NCBI RefSeq assembly: GCF_008831285.2 | Contig: NC_045138.2 | Location: 11,594,001 to 11,658,000 of the forward strand | DNA: 64,000 nucleotides | Source: Nymphaea colorata | Taxonomy: Eukaryota | Direction: 5' to 3' | Shown: one piece after another, positions 1 to 12,700 of the stretch | Layout of the letters: each line of letters begins with the position of its first letter | Position numbering within the stretch: the stretch's first letter is position 1 | Program-made: the position numbers and the translations under genes | The notes under the pieces: generated by a model | Database searches by the model: none | Told to the model about the DNA's origin: nothing | What the model saw: only the letters and a program-made list of their open reading frames with translations

Positions 1-582
1 AATATTTTCCATTATATGCAATTGAATATGTTGCTAGGGATGCATATATGTTTATACTTTATATATGTAAACACATATACTACATATGTTTACTGGGACT
101 AATTAAACCTCCCATTAAGTCATAATGAGGCAAATATGAGAAGTAAATTATACATATTAAAGGGGGTTACTACTTTTGCATGAGAAAAGGAGTTGATAAA
201 ATACATGAATGGTTGTATTAGAAAGATGATTGAGGGGGAAACTGTAGGGTCATTTTTTTTAGTAGAAGTTGAAAATTCGAATGACAGTTTTAGGGGGCTT
301 GAAGAGGGTCTATCTAACACTGCATTGCAGCATCTTAACCTTCCATTTGCTGCAGTCATAGAGGGAAAGGTCCCAGCATTAGAAAATTGGATAAAAGAGA
401 GAGATACCTCCTCATTTTTCCTCCTTTTCTAGACAGGATCAAAGTTGGTACGAAGCAGTTTACTCTTCAGTTGTCTCAAACCTTAGGCCACTTGAGAAAA
501 CAAGAAGCAGAAGGGGGCTGCTGACTGAAACTCAGGGCTGTTTTTAGTCAGAAGTAATTCTGGTAAGTACTATATTTGTGGG

Positions 583-620
<38 letters not shown>

Positions 621-790
621 CAATTTGGACTTGTGTATGTGTTGCAAGGGAAGAAAGCAAACGTGAATCAGTGCTATAGAATCAAGGGTCTTCTGGTATG
701 GACAGTTCTGCAAGCCGTCAGAATCGGGGTCATTTCTGATTAACAGGTATGGGAATGTTCATAACATGTGTGCAGCATGTGATCCATTAG

Positions 791-792
<2 letters not shown>

Positions 793-843
<51 letters not shown>
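793..843. repeat. (TA)n microsatellite (others at ~584-618 and ~57846-57877)
   Basis: Directly visible. Confidence 0.95.
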
Positions 844-847
<4 letters not shown>

Positions 848-2624
848 ATATTGGACGTATAATCATGTATATACTTATATAAGGCCGGAAACCATTCAAT
901 GCTGCTAATCATCATTACAATCAGCTATGGATGCCTGCAAATTTCTGGAACTTAAAGATATGGTCAGATTAGAAAATTCCTTAGAATTTCTCGAATGTGT
1001 ATGGGGAGTTCTTGTGACTAGTTCTACAATAGTAAATTCTGTAGAATAGTAAGCATACAAACAGAACTGGAAGGATCAGTAGGAAAAGAATACTTCTCAT
1101 TCATTCTGATCCTATATTTGTTTCATTTCAGTTCAGAAGTTTCTGTACTGAAAACATGTAGCAACCTGTGTTTCCTTATGCCCTGAGCCTATAAAATTGG
1201 GAGGAGAGCTGAATCGAAGAAAGTATACAACTAAGAATACAATTGTAGCAAATAAAGTATAGTATATGACAGTCTAACCTCTGGGTACAACATGCAGTTC
1301 ATCTATGTTTTGCCATATACATATGTGAACAAAGATATATAGATGTTTATATGTTCTATGCAGATGTAGATATGTGATTATATACACATTGATATATGCA
1401 TATGTACACTTGAGATCAGAAGTAAGGTTGTTTTGTTAGAAGATCATGCTGAAAATGATACAGAGCATCAAAACAATCAAGTTTATAAGAAGCTTAGCAT
1501 GTTAAAAGGCAGCTGTATAGTCTAGAAAGTAATCATAATCTCAGATTTTTCTCCAACGCCATGAAAAAAGGTGTGTGTTGTATGATTGAGGTTTCTCATG
1601 AATGTGAACTATGTACAAAAAAATAAAGAGTTTTAAAGTTCCAGGAATGGAGTGCATGAGGACCAGGTGTGAACCACATATGGTTGAATAGATCTGTCGA
1701 CGATTTTCCAAGACACATGAAGCGGTGAAAAGTGTCTGGAGATTTGTTTCGAAAATTAGTGTAACAAGCCTAACGTCTAACATATGATTCTTTCTACTAA
1801 TAGACTGAAGAAGTCAAACTAAATAAAATCTAATATGATCTGGGTGATTAAATTTCAAGACTTTAATACTTTCCTCTGTGGGCACTGATCAACAATGAGT
1901 AGTTTCACATGATTAAAAGCAAGAAGTAAAACCTGAATGGAAATGCTTATATTTGAAAAAACTGATCATTTTCAATGTCACGCATGAAACAGTCAAAGGA
2001 ACAAGAACAACAAAATCAGGAAACCAGATCAGCAACTTGATTAAAGTCATTTCATGAATTCCATAATTGAAATTGTGACTAAAGCAGAAATCTGTTGAAA
2101 GGAGTGAACATTGGTCAGAATAGGGAGGACCAAAAAAACAATTAAAACTAGGAATTTGCAAGTTGTCAAAGGCGAGAACTGAAAAAGAGGTGAACCAACT
2201 GAAAGCAAAAAGACAAGGCCTTCATACTACATTCATACTACACACAGAATGCAATTTTTCATATGGTAGCCACGAATGTGAGGGATTTATTTAAGTGCAA
2301 TGGCTAATTTGAAAGAAATTTCCATAGAGAGGAAACAACAAATATCTATATAAGTAATGAAGAATAACATATAAGTTCTACTGTTTTTATACAAAGAGAG
2401 GAATCTAATTGAGACACAGCTATCTGGCATGCATGAAATCAGGCCCACTTTGACAAGTAATGTCAGTAACAGGGCTGCCTCATGGTCCTAGGCCTGATTC
2501 TAATGATACATATAGGTTAATCTCTATGTGATTACTTGCAAATAGTCGCATGAGTCTGAGCAGATAGTCAGGGGCGAGATTTTGAAAATTGGGAGTGTAA
2601 ACCTAGGGTGTGGATCAGATGTGT

Positions 2625-2627
<3 letters not shown>

Positions 2628-2674
<47 letters not shown>

Positions 2675-2732
2675 TACATTGTTAAGAAAGAATCAAATTT
2701 GGATTAAGAGCTGAGTTGTGTATATATATGTG

Positions 2733-2784
<52 letters not shown>

Positions 2785-2865
2785 CGTACATATACGTATA
2801 TATATATATATAAGTACATTGTTAAGAAAGAATCAAATTTGGATTAAGAGCTGAGTTGTGTATAT
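2628..2865. repeat. (TA)n microsatellites with a duplicated 55-bp unit
   Basis: TAAGTACATTGTTAAGAAAGAATCAAATTTGGATTAAGAGCTGAGTTGTGTATAT occurs at 2671 and 2811, each copy preceded by (TA)n. Confidence 0.92.
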
Positions 2866-4545
2866 GTATCTGTGTGTGTGTGTGTGTGCGTGTTTGTGTG
2901 TGTATATATATATCTATGCAAATGTATTCGTAAAGGCGTTCTTATGATCAGTATAAATTCAGGCACACCGATCAAACTGACATGGAAAATTATAATGATG
3001 TCCTTATACAGATGTGCTTTATAATGTCCAAGGTTTTTTTGGGATAGGTAGTAGGTCAAACTGTTTGGGCATTGGGATTTGTGTCTAACATGTGCTTTTA
3101 TGGTAAACACTAAAATGTGATTTGTAATGACAATTCCGTAGGTAGATATATTAAAGAAAAACACCAACTATGTCTCAACAATGATACATAAAAGTGCAAG
3201 TGGTCCAGTGGTTGGTTTTATTCCGAAAGGTAGTGGTATAGCACAAGATCACTGTGGATGTACCCTCCTTTGTCTATGCTAAATTGCCCACAGGGTATTG
3301 GGTGGCACAAGAGCCTGGGATTCAATTATGTTTTTTATTAGAGAGCAAGGCATCTCCTGACCCGGGTGGCCTAGAGGGGCCAATTTACCACTCCGGGTGA
3401 TGCCAATGGTATGACCTTGCTGCTACAACAGCGATCTGGGATATCTCAAGTGGCTTCACTGCAAGTTTCCCTCGATCTTTATAAATCGCATTGTGAAGAC
3501 ATATTTTGTTTTGTCTATGGTTTGTGCCTATAGTGTTTTCTGTTAATTGCTCGGTACAATAACCATGTTCATTGTCAATGGACCACCAATGTCATTTTGC
3601 AATACATGGAGGTCCTATATGCTTGAGTAGAGACAATAAGTCATAACTCTAAGGTGCATTATGAATCCAACAACTTATGGATGTTGGCCATGAACCCTTA
3701 TATGGATTTTTTTAACATAAAGGTGTACTTATTTTTTCGGTCTATGTTCTACCTCTACCCATAACTGGATGCTGTCATACTTAAAGAAATCTTACCCTTC
3801 CTTCTGTCTCTATAAGTAGTTCTTAATAGATTGTGGGCTACAGGCCTGACATCCTCAGTTTTTGTGATAGACAAGCATTGGCAATCTAGGCATTGTATTG
3901 AGCCTAGGCTTCGTGGATCTTTTGTTGGTTAAGTCAAAGTGTCTTTGTGTGGGAGCTGAAGATGTTAAAAGGAAAAGAGGAAATGCTTTATTAGTTTTAG
4001 TTTGCCTTGTATTGGTCATTACTTGAGTTGTGATCTAGTTTTACAGACTTGATGTTTACATTTATCAAGATTAAAAAAAAAAATTGCATCAAAAACTTGG
4101 GTCGTGACAACTATTCAGTCCATGGCCTGTTCATTCCTACATCACTGGATCAAATTACGTAAGGTAACAAGATTAACCGTCTCAAGAAGGGCAGGACTTT
4201 GGTATTCCTAACCTTCTTTGGAAAGTATACTCACTATTTCACAAACTAAATCAAAGACAAAACTCAAAGAATGGAACATTAAGTAGGGATCTCATGCAAT
4301 CATCTTTCCATTGGTATAAGAGAGGAAAAGAGTTGCGGCCTGGATTTTCCATAGAGGATAGCCTCATGAACACCAATTTAGCTTAAAGGAATGTATGCCA
4401 CTCTAAAAACCACATCATTCCTTGCATACATATAGGGAAAAAAAAATTGAATGGAATTCTACTTTCTTGGGCTTCAATTTACAAAATTAGATCTTTTGGT
4501 ATATTACAGACCATTATTATACACATAGTTTTTGGAGATTTTTTC

Positions 4546-4739
4546 TGTAATGACCCAGTTCAAAAGTAACCCAAGCATCTAGCATTGTGGATCCTAAGTA
4601 ACCTTGTTAATTTGCATCTAAAACATGTGAATCTTGACACTTACTGGTATAGCATATAGGTATATAGACCCCACAAGTTTCCTCAATGTTTTTGACATAA
4701 GACTATTCTCAGATTCTTCTCCACTCATAGGACATTACA
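4546..4739. mobile_element. Possible TRIM-like solo LTR
   Basis: About 194 bp bounded by TGTAATG...CATTACA (inverted termini, TG..CA). The TSD is not exact. Confidence 0.35.
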
Positions 4740-5699
4740 ACTTTTCAAGGGCATGGGCATTTGATTCCTAAATTGAATAATGTGAGATCATGTCAAGAAC
4801 ACAATGTTCTAAGACAATGAAAGTGTGCTCTCACATGCAACAATAATTATGATATCCTGCATACAGTTTGATTTGCATGGGGAAGGTCACAGCATATAAC
4901 TGCAAACATGTTGTACCATGTAAACTATCATTTTGACAAAATAAAAAAGAAATTCAAACAAAAGATGGGAAAAACATCATTTCCATGTACTACTGTATCA
5001 TTTCACATGCACAGGTTGGTCCCACTTATATGCGAAACAGTATCAACAATTCCCACAAGTGTGTTTGTTAATCAACACAGTCCTTCCTTGTTGGAACCAA
5101 GGTCCAATTATCAAACTTGACTATAACACCGGCTGCCAATATTCAGCTTTGATCACACCCAAAAAAAACTACAAACCAGGATACGTGACAGCATATGATA
5201 TGAATATATGAGATGCAAAAAAGTTCACAAAGTTGCTAATATAGAATATTTTCACATGAGACAAGGTCACATTTTGGCTTTCCTCTTTTCCTTTAGGCAT
5301 CATCTGTTTTACCGTTCCTGTCAAAATAGATCATTCTGCCATGAGAATAACACATTCTGTTGGCCGGGTGTAGCAAATAACATAAACAGAAAGGTAAGTG
5401 GGCCAACTATTAATCAAAGGAAATTTTTCTGATCATCTGTCTCCATGACAAAATCCAATTCAGGCTCTCCCATGTGCTTGCGTTTTGGCATTAAAAATTG
5501 AATTCCATGAATAACTTTCTCCATTGCCTATGATCGAAACAAGTGCCTGATGGAAAATCAGCATCCAACCTTGTTGTCATCAAAAAGATGAACACAGCTG
5601 AGGATTACCATGACTCACATCTAATATGGCGTTTTTGGGATCACAAATAAAATCCACAACGAACTTTATATATATATATTTTGTGTGTGTGTTTTGTGT

Positions 5700-5889
5700 T
5701 GTAACAACCCAACCCACTCTTGGGCTCGGACCCCTGGTTCGGCAGATCCCAACCCGCTATCTAGCAGTTTCGGGTCCAATCCCAAAAAGGCTAGGAACCA
5801 GGACAACCATCTATTTAATAATCATCTTTATAAGCCCTTGAAGATCCCTCACAATCTTCAATGCGAGACTAAATTTTTGGGGTGTTACA
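5700..5889. mobile_element. TRIM-like solo LTR inserted in a (GT)n tract
   Basis: 190 bp bounded by TGTAACAACCC...GGGGTGTTACA, with GTGT on both flanks. Confidence 0.5.
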
Positions 5890-6355
5890 GTGTGTGTGTA
5901 TCTATGCATATGGAAACACACACACGTGTATATATAAATAGGAGGACCTAAAAATTAAAAATTTGTCACTGAAAGCACCATAAACTGTTGTTGCACAATA
6001 AACCATCGCTAACGCTCCTCTGGCAACTGTTTTTTAGTGACAGATTTTGTATTTTTAGTCATCCAGAATCAAAAAGGTGTGTATATATATATATAGGAAG
6101 AAGCTTGTTCAGAAAGGATTATATCTTGTGGCACAAAAGGGAAATTACTAACAGATCATGTGAGACATTTCATAAGTGTTACACAGTCATGCTTTCATGG
6201 TTTCTTTAGCCTGTTTCTCAAACGGCTAAATTATGTATAACGCCATTTGCTGTGCACAAATCAAACCTTTAGGTGCTCATAGCAGAGCACATTAAGCATC
6301 CACAGAAAAAATGTCATAGGCATGGTACACATAAGAACTTGAACTGAAGCCATAC

Positions 6356-6404
6356 CTTCTTTTTCTCACGATGGAGAAAAGTCTGCATATGTTTTTCAAC
6401 AGCC
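6356..6404 (-). CDS. SIP2: SIP2-like coding exon 4 (not in ORF track); the gene continues beyond the left window edge
   Basis: CAG| acceptor, reads (K)AVEKHMQTFLHREKKK, |GTATG donor. Cumulative CDS is 588 nt (phase 0). The next expected exon (DWFGWCTWDAFY) was not seen in 1-6355. Confidence 0.9.
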
Positions 6405-6904
6405 CTGTTGCCACATTCAGATGGTTATTGTTACAATAACAAACATGATCTAATAGAACACCACAGTTTTACCATATGGAATGTACAGATCAATAATACA
6501 AAGACATTACAAGTTTTTCTACCAGAAATATAGACATAAACTATGTCCAAGTGATGGACAGCAGCTATATACAAGGCATATAAGTAATGAGTAGATGCTT
6601 CATTCATGTTCGCATTCATTTGTTCCCAGAGTTTTCACGTCCCTCACTGCTTTTCATGTCCCCCACTGCTTTATAAGCCACAACTATTCCAAATTGTTGA
6701 ACTCAGAAACATGAAAGCCATATCACAAATTTTGAGAGTCAAAAGTATGAAAAAAGCACTAACTTCATTCAATACATGCTTCCTTGAACCATATTATTTA
6801 TCCAAGAAATAGCAACCATGCAAACTTGAAGTACAATCATGCCAGAGGCTTTTGGTCAATTTATCAACAAGCAACATTATCAAACAAGAAATCTTGGATC
6901 TTAC

Positions 6905-6995
6905 TTCACAGCCTGGTTGATGACTTCAAACGGGTTCTTCCCTGCATGCATGTAAACCATGTGAAGCCCTTGTGTAGTCTCCACATCTTTGTCCC
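6905..6995 (-). CDS. SIP2: SIP2-like coding exon 3 (not in ORF track)
   Basis: ACAG| acceptor, reads (G)[29 protein letters not shown](K), |GTAAG donor. 91 nt, phase-consistent with exons 2 and 4. Confidence 0.92.
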
Positions 6996-7382
6996 CTGTC
7001 CCCAAAAAATTAACAGTGTTAAATATTTTATTTAGAAATTAAAATGAAAAACAAACTGCTTTCTAAAATCAACCAGCATAGATAGCTATAGCAACAAGAG
7101 GGAGGTCCCTGCTTAACTCCAGTTCATCTTAGACTTGTATTTCAATAAAAATCTGACAGGTCATTATGGTATGCAGTGCCAGTAGGTGGGTTTACTTAAA
7201 ATAACAATTTAAATAGAGCACCAATAAAACCACACAACCTGCAGGGAATCTCCAAAAACAGCTCACATCACAAACGAGTTCGTGAAAAGCTTCTGAAGAA
7301 ACTTTTCTTGTTTGAAGATTTTAACTGCTAATACTGAAAAGTGAAAACATAATGGATGGGTAGGAAAGGCAAGGTCACTAAC

Positions 7383-7639
7383 CACTCTCAAGGCATATCT
7401 CAATCTGGTTTTGCTCGTTGCCCTGGAGCACAGCCCTGAAGGGTCCTTCCAGAAGAGGGAGGAAGACAGTGTATATTGTAGCCTCCTCACCACCAACCTC
7501 CATCTCCTCAATCGGCGATCCGTCCTTGCTTTCCACCAGCATGAATTGGGTCTCTAGAGGGACATCCTTGCCACAGGAGCCCATCCTATGAGTCATCCAC
7601 CATAGTTTGAACCGAAAGCAGCACATGAATCGTAGCCCC
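7383..7639 (-). CDS. SIP2: SIP2-like coding exon 2
   Basis: CAG| acceptor. Reads (E)[20 protein letters not shown]...[31 protein letters not shown], containing the raffinose-synthase-family FRFKLWW motif. Ends at G|GTTAGT. Phase matches exon 1. Confidence 0.95.
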
Positions 7640-7849
7640 CTGCTTGGAAATGGAAAGCTTGGTCATGGTCCTCATACTTTCATGTCGCATCACAGTGAAG
7701 AAACAAAGACAAAGAAGATTGTAAGACCCATTCTACATTTATGCTATTGTGAAAACTTGGCCAATTTTTCTACAGAATTGGATTTCAGTCAATTTGGGCT
7801 TCAAACCCCATTGCCAATAGAAGTTATACTTTGGTTCTGCTATGAAGAC

Positions 7850-8386
7850 GGAATAATGTAGGAGAAGATGCAACCATTCAGAAAGGACAACCATACGTCC
7901 ATTTTCAAGTATTAACACAACATTTCAACTTATCGTTCATAATTATAATTTAGCAATTTTATTTATTGTTCCTCATAGTGTTTCATTTTTATTCAGATAT
8001 GTGGTGGAATAAGTTCAGGAGTAACTACCAAAACCTTAAAAGTTTGGCAATCAAAATCCTCAGCCAAACATGAAATGCAAGTGAATATGAAAGAAATTGG
8101 AGTTTTCTGCAAATATCTACAGCAAGAAGAGAGATAGACTACAACATAAAAAGGTTAAATGACGTTGTTAGGTTTGATAGAACATGCATTTAAGACAAAC
8201 ATGCTGATAGAGAAACATTTTACAAATTGTATGAACTTGTTGCTTGGAGAACTTTGATGTGCTACATAATGGCTGAGGAAGAACCAGCTGCCATATTTGA
8301 GGACGATCTTGAGTGGTTGAAACATTGAAGAAGCAGAGAATGTTGATGATGATGAACCTATATAATTTGATGCAGATGTTGAGTTT
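7850..8386 (+). mobile_element. Decayed hAT transposase 3' region (dimerization domain), left part; interrupted by a Copia
   Basis: TTCAG| then MWWNKFRSNYQNLKSLAIKILSQT*NASEYERNWS...KRDRLQHK.RLNDVV with stops and frameshifts. Homologous to the hAT at 57.2-58.5 kb, including the intron position before the WW motif. Confidence 0.8.
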
Positions 8387-8669
8387 TGTAGAAACACGAA
8401 CCACGTAGAAGAAGAGGAGGAAGAACACACGATGTACGTGGAAAAACCTCGGACGAGGAAAAAACCACGGGAAGCTCTACCTAGGTGCACACCGCAACCC
8501 TAGGAGAGAGAAAATTCTATTTCACTTAATTCAACATTTGTACATAAGTGACAATATAAAGAAGGGAGAGAGGAGAAGCCGCCTAGGGTACCGAGCCCGC
8601 ATCGGTACCCGTGCCCCATAGAACCGGGTCCAGATATGGACCCGGTTCCCACAACAACATATTCTAACA
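8387..8669 (-). repeat. 3' LTR of Copia-1 (283 bp)
   Basis: Near-identical direct repeat of 13413-13709, adjacent to the PPT. Confidence 0.97.
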
Positions 8670-9479
8670 CTCCCCCTCAAGCTTGACATACATGTCAAAC
8701 ATGCCAAGCTTGCTAACATTCTTTTCGAATGAAGATGTACAAAGCCCTTTAGTTAGGACGTCTGCAACTTGATCTTCAGACTTCATATATGGCAGAATCA
8801 GCTCCTTTGAGTCAATGCGTTCCCGGATAAAATGACGGTCAATCTCCACATGTTTGGTCCTGTCGTGTAGAACTGGATTATTGGCAAGATTAATCACAGA
8901 CTTGTTGTCACAGTACATCTTCATTTTATCTCCCAGTTCCACACCAATATCAGTCAAAAGAATCTTCAGCCACAGCATCTCTGTAACCCCCATTGCAACA
9001 GCCCTGTACTCAGCCTCAGCACTAGACCTCGAACATACTTCTTGCCTCTTACTTCTCCAAACAACTAGGTTACTTCCAAGAAAGATACAATACCCTGTAG
9101 TGGACCTCCTTGTGTCAGTGCAACCTGCCCAATCTGCATCTGAGTAGCCCTCAATAGTAAGTTTGTCTTGTCGAGTATACAGCAGTCCTTTTCCTGGGTC
9201 ATTCTTTAGATATCCCAACACTCTTTCTGCACTCTTCCAGTGACAATCCGTGGGAGCATGCATAAATTGACTTAGCACATTTACCGCATACGTGATATCA
9301 GGGCGAGTTAGAGTAAGATAGATAAGCTTGCCGACTAGCCTCTGATATCGCCCTTTTCCTTCCTCATCCAGAATAGTGCCCGTCTTGATACTTATCTTAG
9401 TCCCCGACTCCATAGGAGTAAGATAGGGCCTACAACCAAGTTTACCTGTCTCCTTTAGCAAGTCAAGAGTGTACTTCCT
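8664..9479 (-). CDS. Copia RT C-terminus and RNase H (separated half of pol)
   Basis: RKYTLDLL, YQRLVGKLIYLTLTRPDI, YSDADWAG, SSAEAEYRA, CDNKS, RTKHVEIDRHFIRE, QVADVLTK. No internal stops. Confidence 0.93.
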   Translation of the reverse strand, partial: RKYTLDLLKETGKLGCRPYLTPMESGTKISIKTGTILDEEGKGRYQRLVGKLIYLTLTRPDITYAVNVLSQFMHAPTDCHWKSAERVLGYLKNDPGKGLLYTRQDKLTIEGYSDADWAGCTDTRRSTTGYCIFLGSNLVVWRSKRQEVCSRSSAEAEYRAVAMGVTEMLWLKILLTDIGVELGDKMKMYCDNKSVINLANNPVLHDRTKHVEIDRHFIRERIDSKELILPYMKSEDQVADVLTKGLCTSSFEKNVSKLGMFDMYVKLEGEC

Positions 9480-9768
9480 CCGTACAGATGTGTATTGTTT
9501 CGGACTACCACAAGGGTTGTCTCCCGACTGAAGGTCGCCTGTAGTATGTACGCAGTTGTGTTTTGCACCCATAGAAGCTGCCAATGAACTGAATCGAATG
9601 TGAATAAATCGAATATAACTAACATATATATATTGATTGTGATTATTGAGTAATCCCTACCTATTGTGCAATATGAAGGGGATTACCATGATTGTTTATG
9701 AGAATGCACAAATGCATTATATTTCTTCTGCATGATTGGTTATCATATTTGAGTCCTTACCTTAGAGG

Positions 9769-12700
9769 TTAGAGAACTATGAATAGGGTATGATCTCCAT
9801 TTCCTTGCTTGTACCCAGTAGACTTCATAACGATCCTTAGTCTCTCAAACCAAGCTCTAGGCGACTGCTTCAGGCCATACAAAACTTTCTTGAGGTGACA
9901 ACATTTTCCCTCTTGAACATACCCGGGAGGCATGCTCATATAGACTTCTTCCTCCAGATGGCCGTTCAAGAACGCATTTTTAACATCAAGCTGGTCCATG
10001 CGCCACTTCCTGTGCACAGCAAGAGCAAGAATAACCCTCACGGTCTTCAACTTTGCAACAGGGGCAAAGGTCTCAAGATAGTCGATCCCATACTTCTGGC
10101 TGAACCCCTTTGCAACCAGACGAGCTTTATATCGATCTACAGTGCCATCAAGTTTGTACTTCACGTTGTAAACCCACTTAGAGCCAACTAAGTGTGTCCC
10201 TTTAGGGATATCAACAACTTCCCATGTTTTGTTCTTCGCTAACGCACCCATCTCCTCCGTCATAGCATGTAACCACTTGGGATCATCCTTAGCATCATCC
10301 ACCGACCTGGGAATAACAACTTTGGATAAGGTTGTGATAAAACACTTGTAATTTGTACTGAGCTTAGCATAAGAAACAAATCTCTGAATAGGGTGAGAAG
10401 TACATGACCTGGTGCCTTTGCGCAAAGCAATAGGGAGCTCTTCATTCGATGGACTTGGGTCATCCGGGGAGATCACAGGATTGGGATTGGTTCTATCCTC
10501 ATCACTAACATCTTCCACTGTAGCTTTCTCCTTTCTGACATAAACCTGGCCAAACAAGTGATTCCGGGCAACAATGGGCTGAGCATCCACCGTGACCCCT
10601 TCCATATGACTGCCCTTCTCATTACTGACCGTGACCGTGTCAATCACACTGGGACTAACCTTGTAATCCAAAAACTCCATAAACTGAATCAGCTGATTAG
10701 AAGAATACTCTTCCCCTTTGTTCCCAAGGCACTCCCCCTGAAGAGGATTCACCGGAAAATACGACTCATGTTCATGAAATGTGACATCCCTCGAAACATA
10801 CACTTTGGAAGTAGTGGGATCCACACATTTGTACCCCTTTTGAGTGGAAGAGTACCCCAAGAAAACTCCTTTAATAGACCGGGGATCAAGCTTTTTGAGA
10901 GTAGGGCTATGATTATGCACAAAACAACTGCACCCAAAGACACGAGGAGTAAGAGGCCACGGATTCTGAGTGGGCCACAGGGTAGAATATGGAGACTGAC
11001 CATCCAACACCTTAGTAGGCATACGGTTAATGAGATGTGCACTAGTGAGAAGTGCATCACCCCAATACCGCTCAGGGACATGACGTTGGAACATAATGGC
11101 CCGAGTAACATTCAAAAGATGACGATTTTTTCGTTCAGCTATACCATTTTGAAGGGGGGTATAGCTACAAGAGGTTTCATGAACAATACCCTTGCCTTTC
11201 AAGAAATCATCAAGGGATTGGGAGACATATTCCCTTGCATTATCCGTACGGAAAGCTTGGACAGTTGTATGGAATTGAGTCTCAACAAAGGCAACAAAGT
11301 TTTTCACAACTGCTGGAACCTCACTACGTTCTCGCAACAAGTACACGAACGTACATCTAGAGTAATCATCAATAAGCATCAAAAAATAGTGACAACCACC
11401 ACACGTGGGTACTCCAGAAGGACCCCAAACATCGGAATGAACTAAGGCAAACGGATGAGTGGTTTTATTCAATGAAATAGGGTACGAAGCCCTGACATGT
11501 TTAGCCAATTGACACACTTCACAAGCGAAGGAGTCAATGGAGACAGAAGCAAACAAATGAGGAAACAACTTCTTTATTAACGGAAAGGGGAGATGTCCAA
11601 GACGCTCGTGCCACCGCAGAACCGTAGATCTATCGTTCACACCAGACAAGTGACCACTCGTGGCAGAAATCAATGCTGAAGCAACTTTTACCGGCAGCCT
11701 GTAGAGCCCATCAGTAACTGAACCAATCCCAATCTTCTTCCCCGTCACCAAGTCCTGCAGGGAACAGTGATCAGCAGAAAAAATCAGATTACAGTTTAAT
11801 TCTTTAGTAATACTGCTGACAGAGAGTAAGTTCACAGGAATATTTGGAACATGCAGGGCATTGTGGAGACGGTATTTGTTCAACAGGGATAAGCTCCCTT
11901 TCCCAGCCACAGAGATAGAAGACCCATCTGCCATAGACACGCGTTGCTTGCCAGAGGAAAGTTGATATTCTTGAAAGAGTTTAGAGTCCCCTGTCATGTG
12001 GTGAGTGGCTCCACTATCAACAATCCAATCACCAAGAGAAGGGTTACCTTGATCAGTCGAGGCAACAAGGGCTTGGGCTAGCTGAGCCCCTTCAGACGTG
12101 GAGGACTCCTCAGGGGTAGTAGATAGGCGGCTGATGTACGCCTGTAGCTCCTTGAGTTGATCAGGGGACAGCTTGGACTTTGCACCACTAGAAGGATTGC
12201 TCTGACGGGAATCAGACACAAAAGGGCTACGCTTGCCAGAGGGAGGACGACCTCTGACCAGTCTCTTCTCGGGATGAAGATCCCAACAGAAATCCACCGA
12301 ATGCCCCAACTTGTTGCAATGAGTGCAATGCCGGGCAGGACGCTGCCCAGTCCCTGTGGCACGGCTGACAAAGGCAGAAGGGCCATGACCGGTGTCAAGA
12401 TGCATCACCTGGCGACGTTGTTCTTCAGACTCAACACGAGCATATACTTCCTCTATCCCTGGAATCTCATCACCATTAAGAATCTGGCTACGAATAGACT
12501 CAAATTCATCCCGCAGGCCTCCCAGAAACAGAAACGTACGGTCCATCCATTCCTTTTCCCAGTAGAGGGAATGATCTGAACCGCACTTCCACTCATCAGT
12601 CACATGATAATCTAGCTCCTCCCATTTGGTCTTCAGGGCAGCATAGAAGGCAGCAACAGACAAGTCACCCTGTGTCAGGGAGTAAATACTGCGTTTAATC

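Larger units (their letters stand above)
1..4109 (+). mobile_element. Large non-coding LTR fragment, probably Gypsy (Tekay/Del-like); begins before the window
   Basis: Ends with a typical Del-type LTR terminus (...AAAAACTTGGGTCGTGACA at 4109) with no PBS after it. Contains internal (TA)n tracts, a TATA-like CCTATAAAA (~1188) and no coding similarity. Classification is by pattern only. Confidence 0.45.

Noticed and set aside
10558..11445. 295-aa plus-strand ORF
   Set aside because: Antisense shadow of the Copia integrase region with no recognisable motifs.
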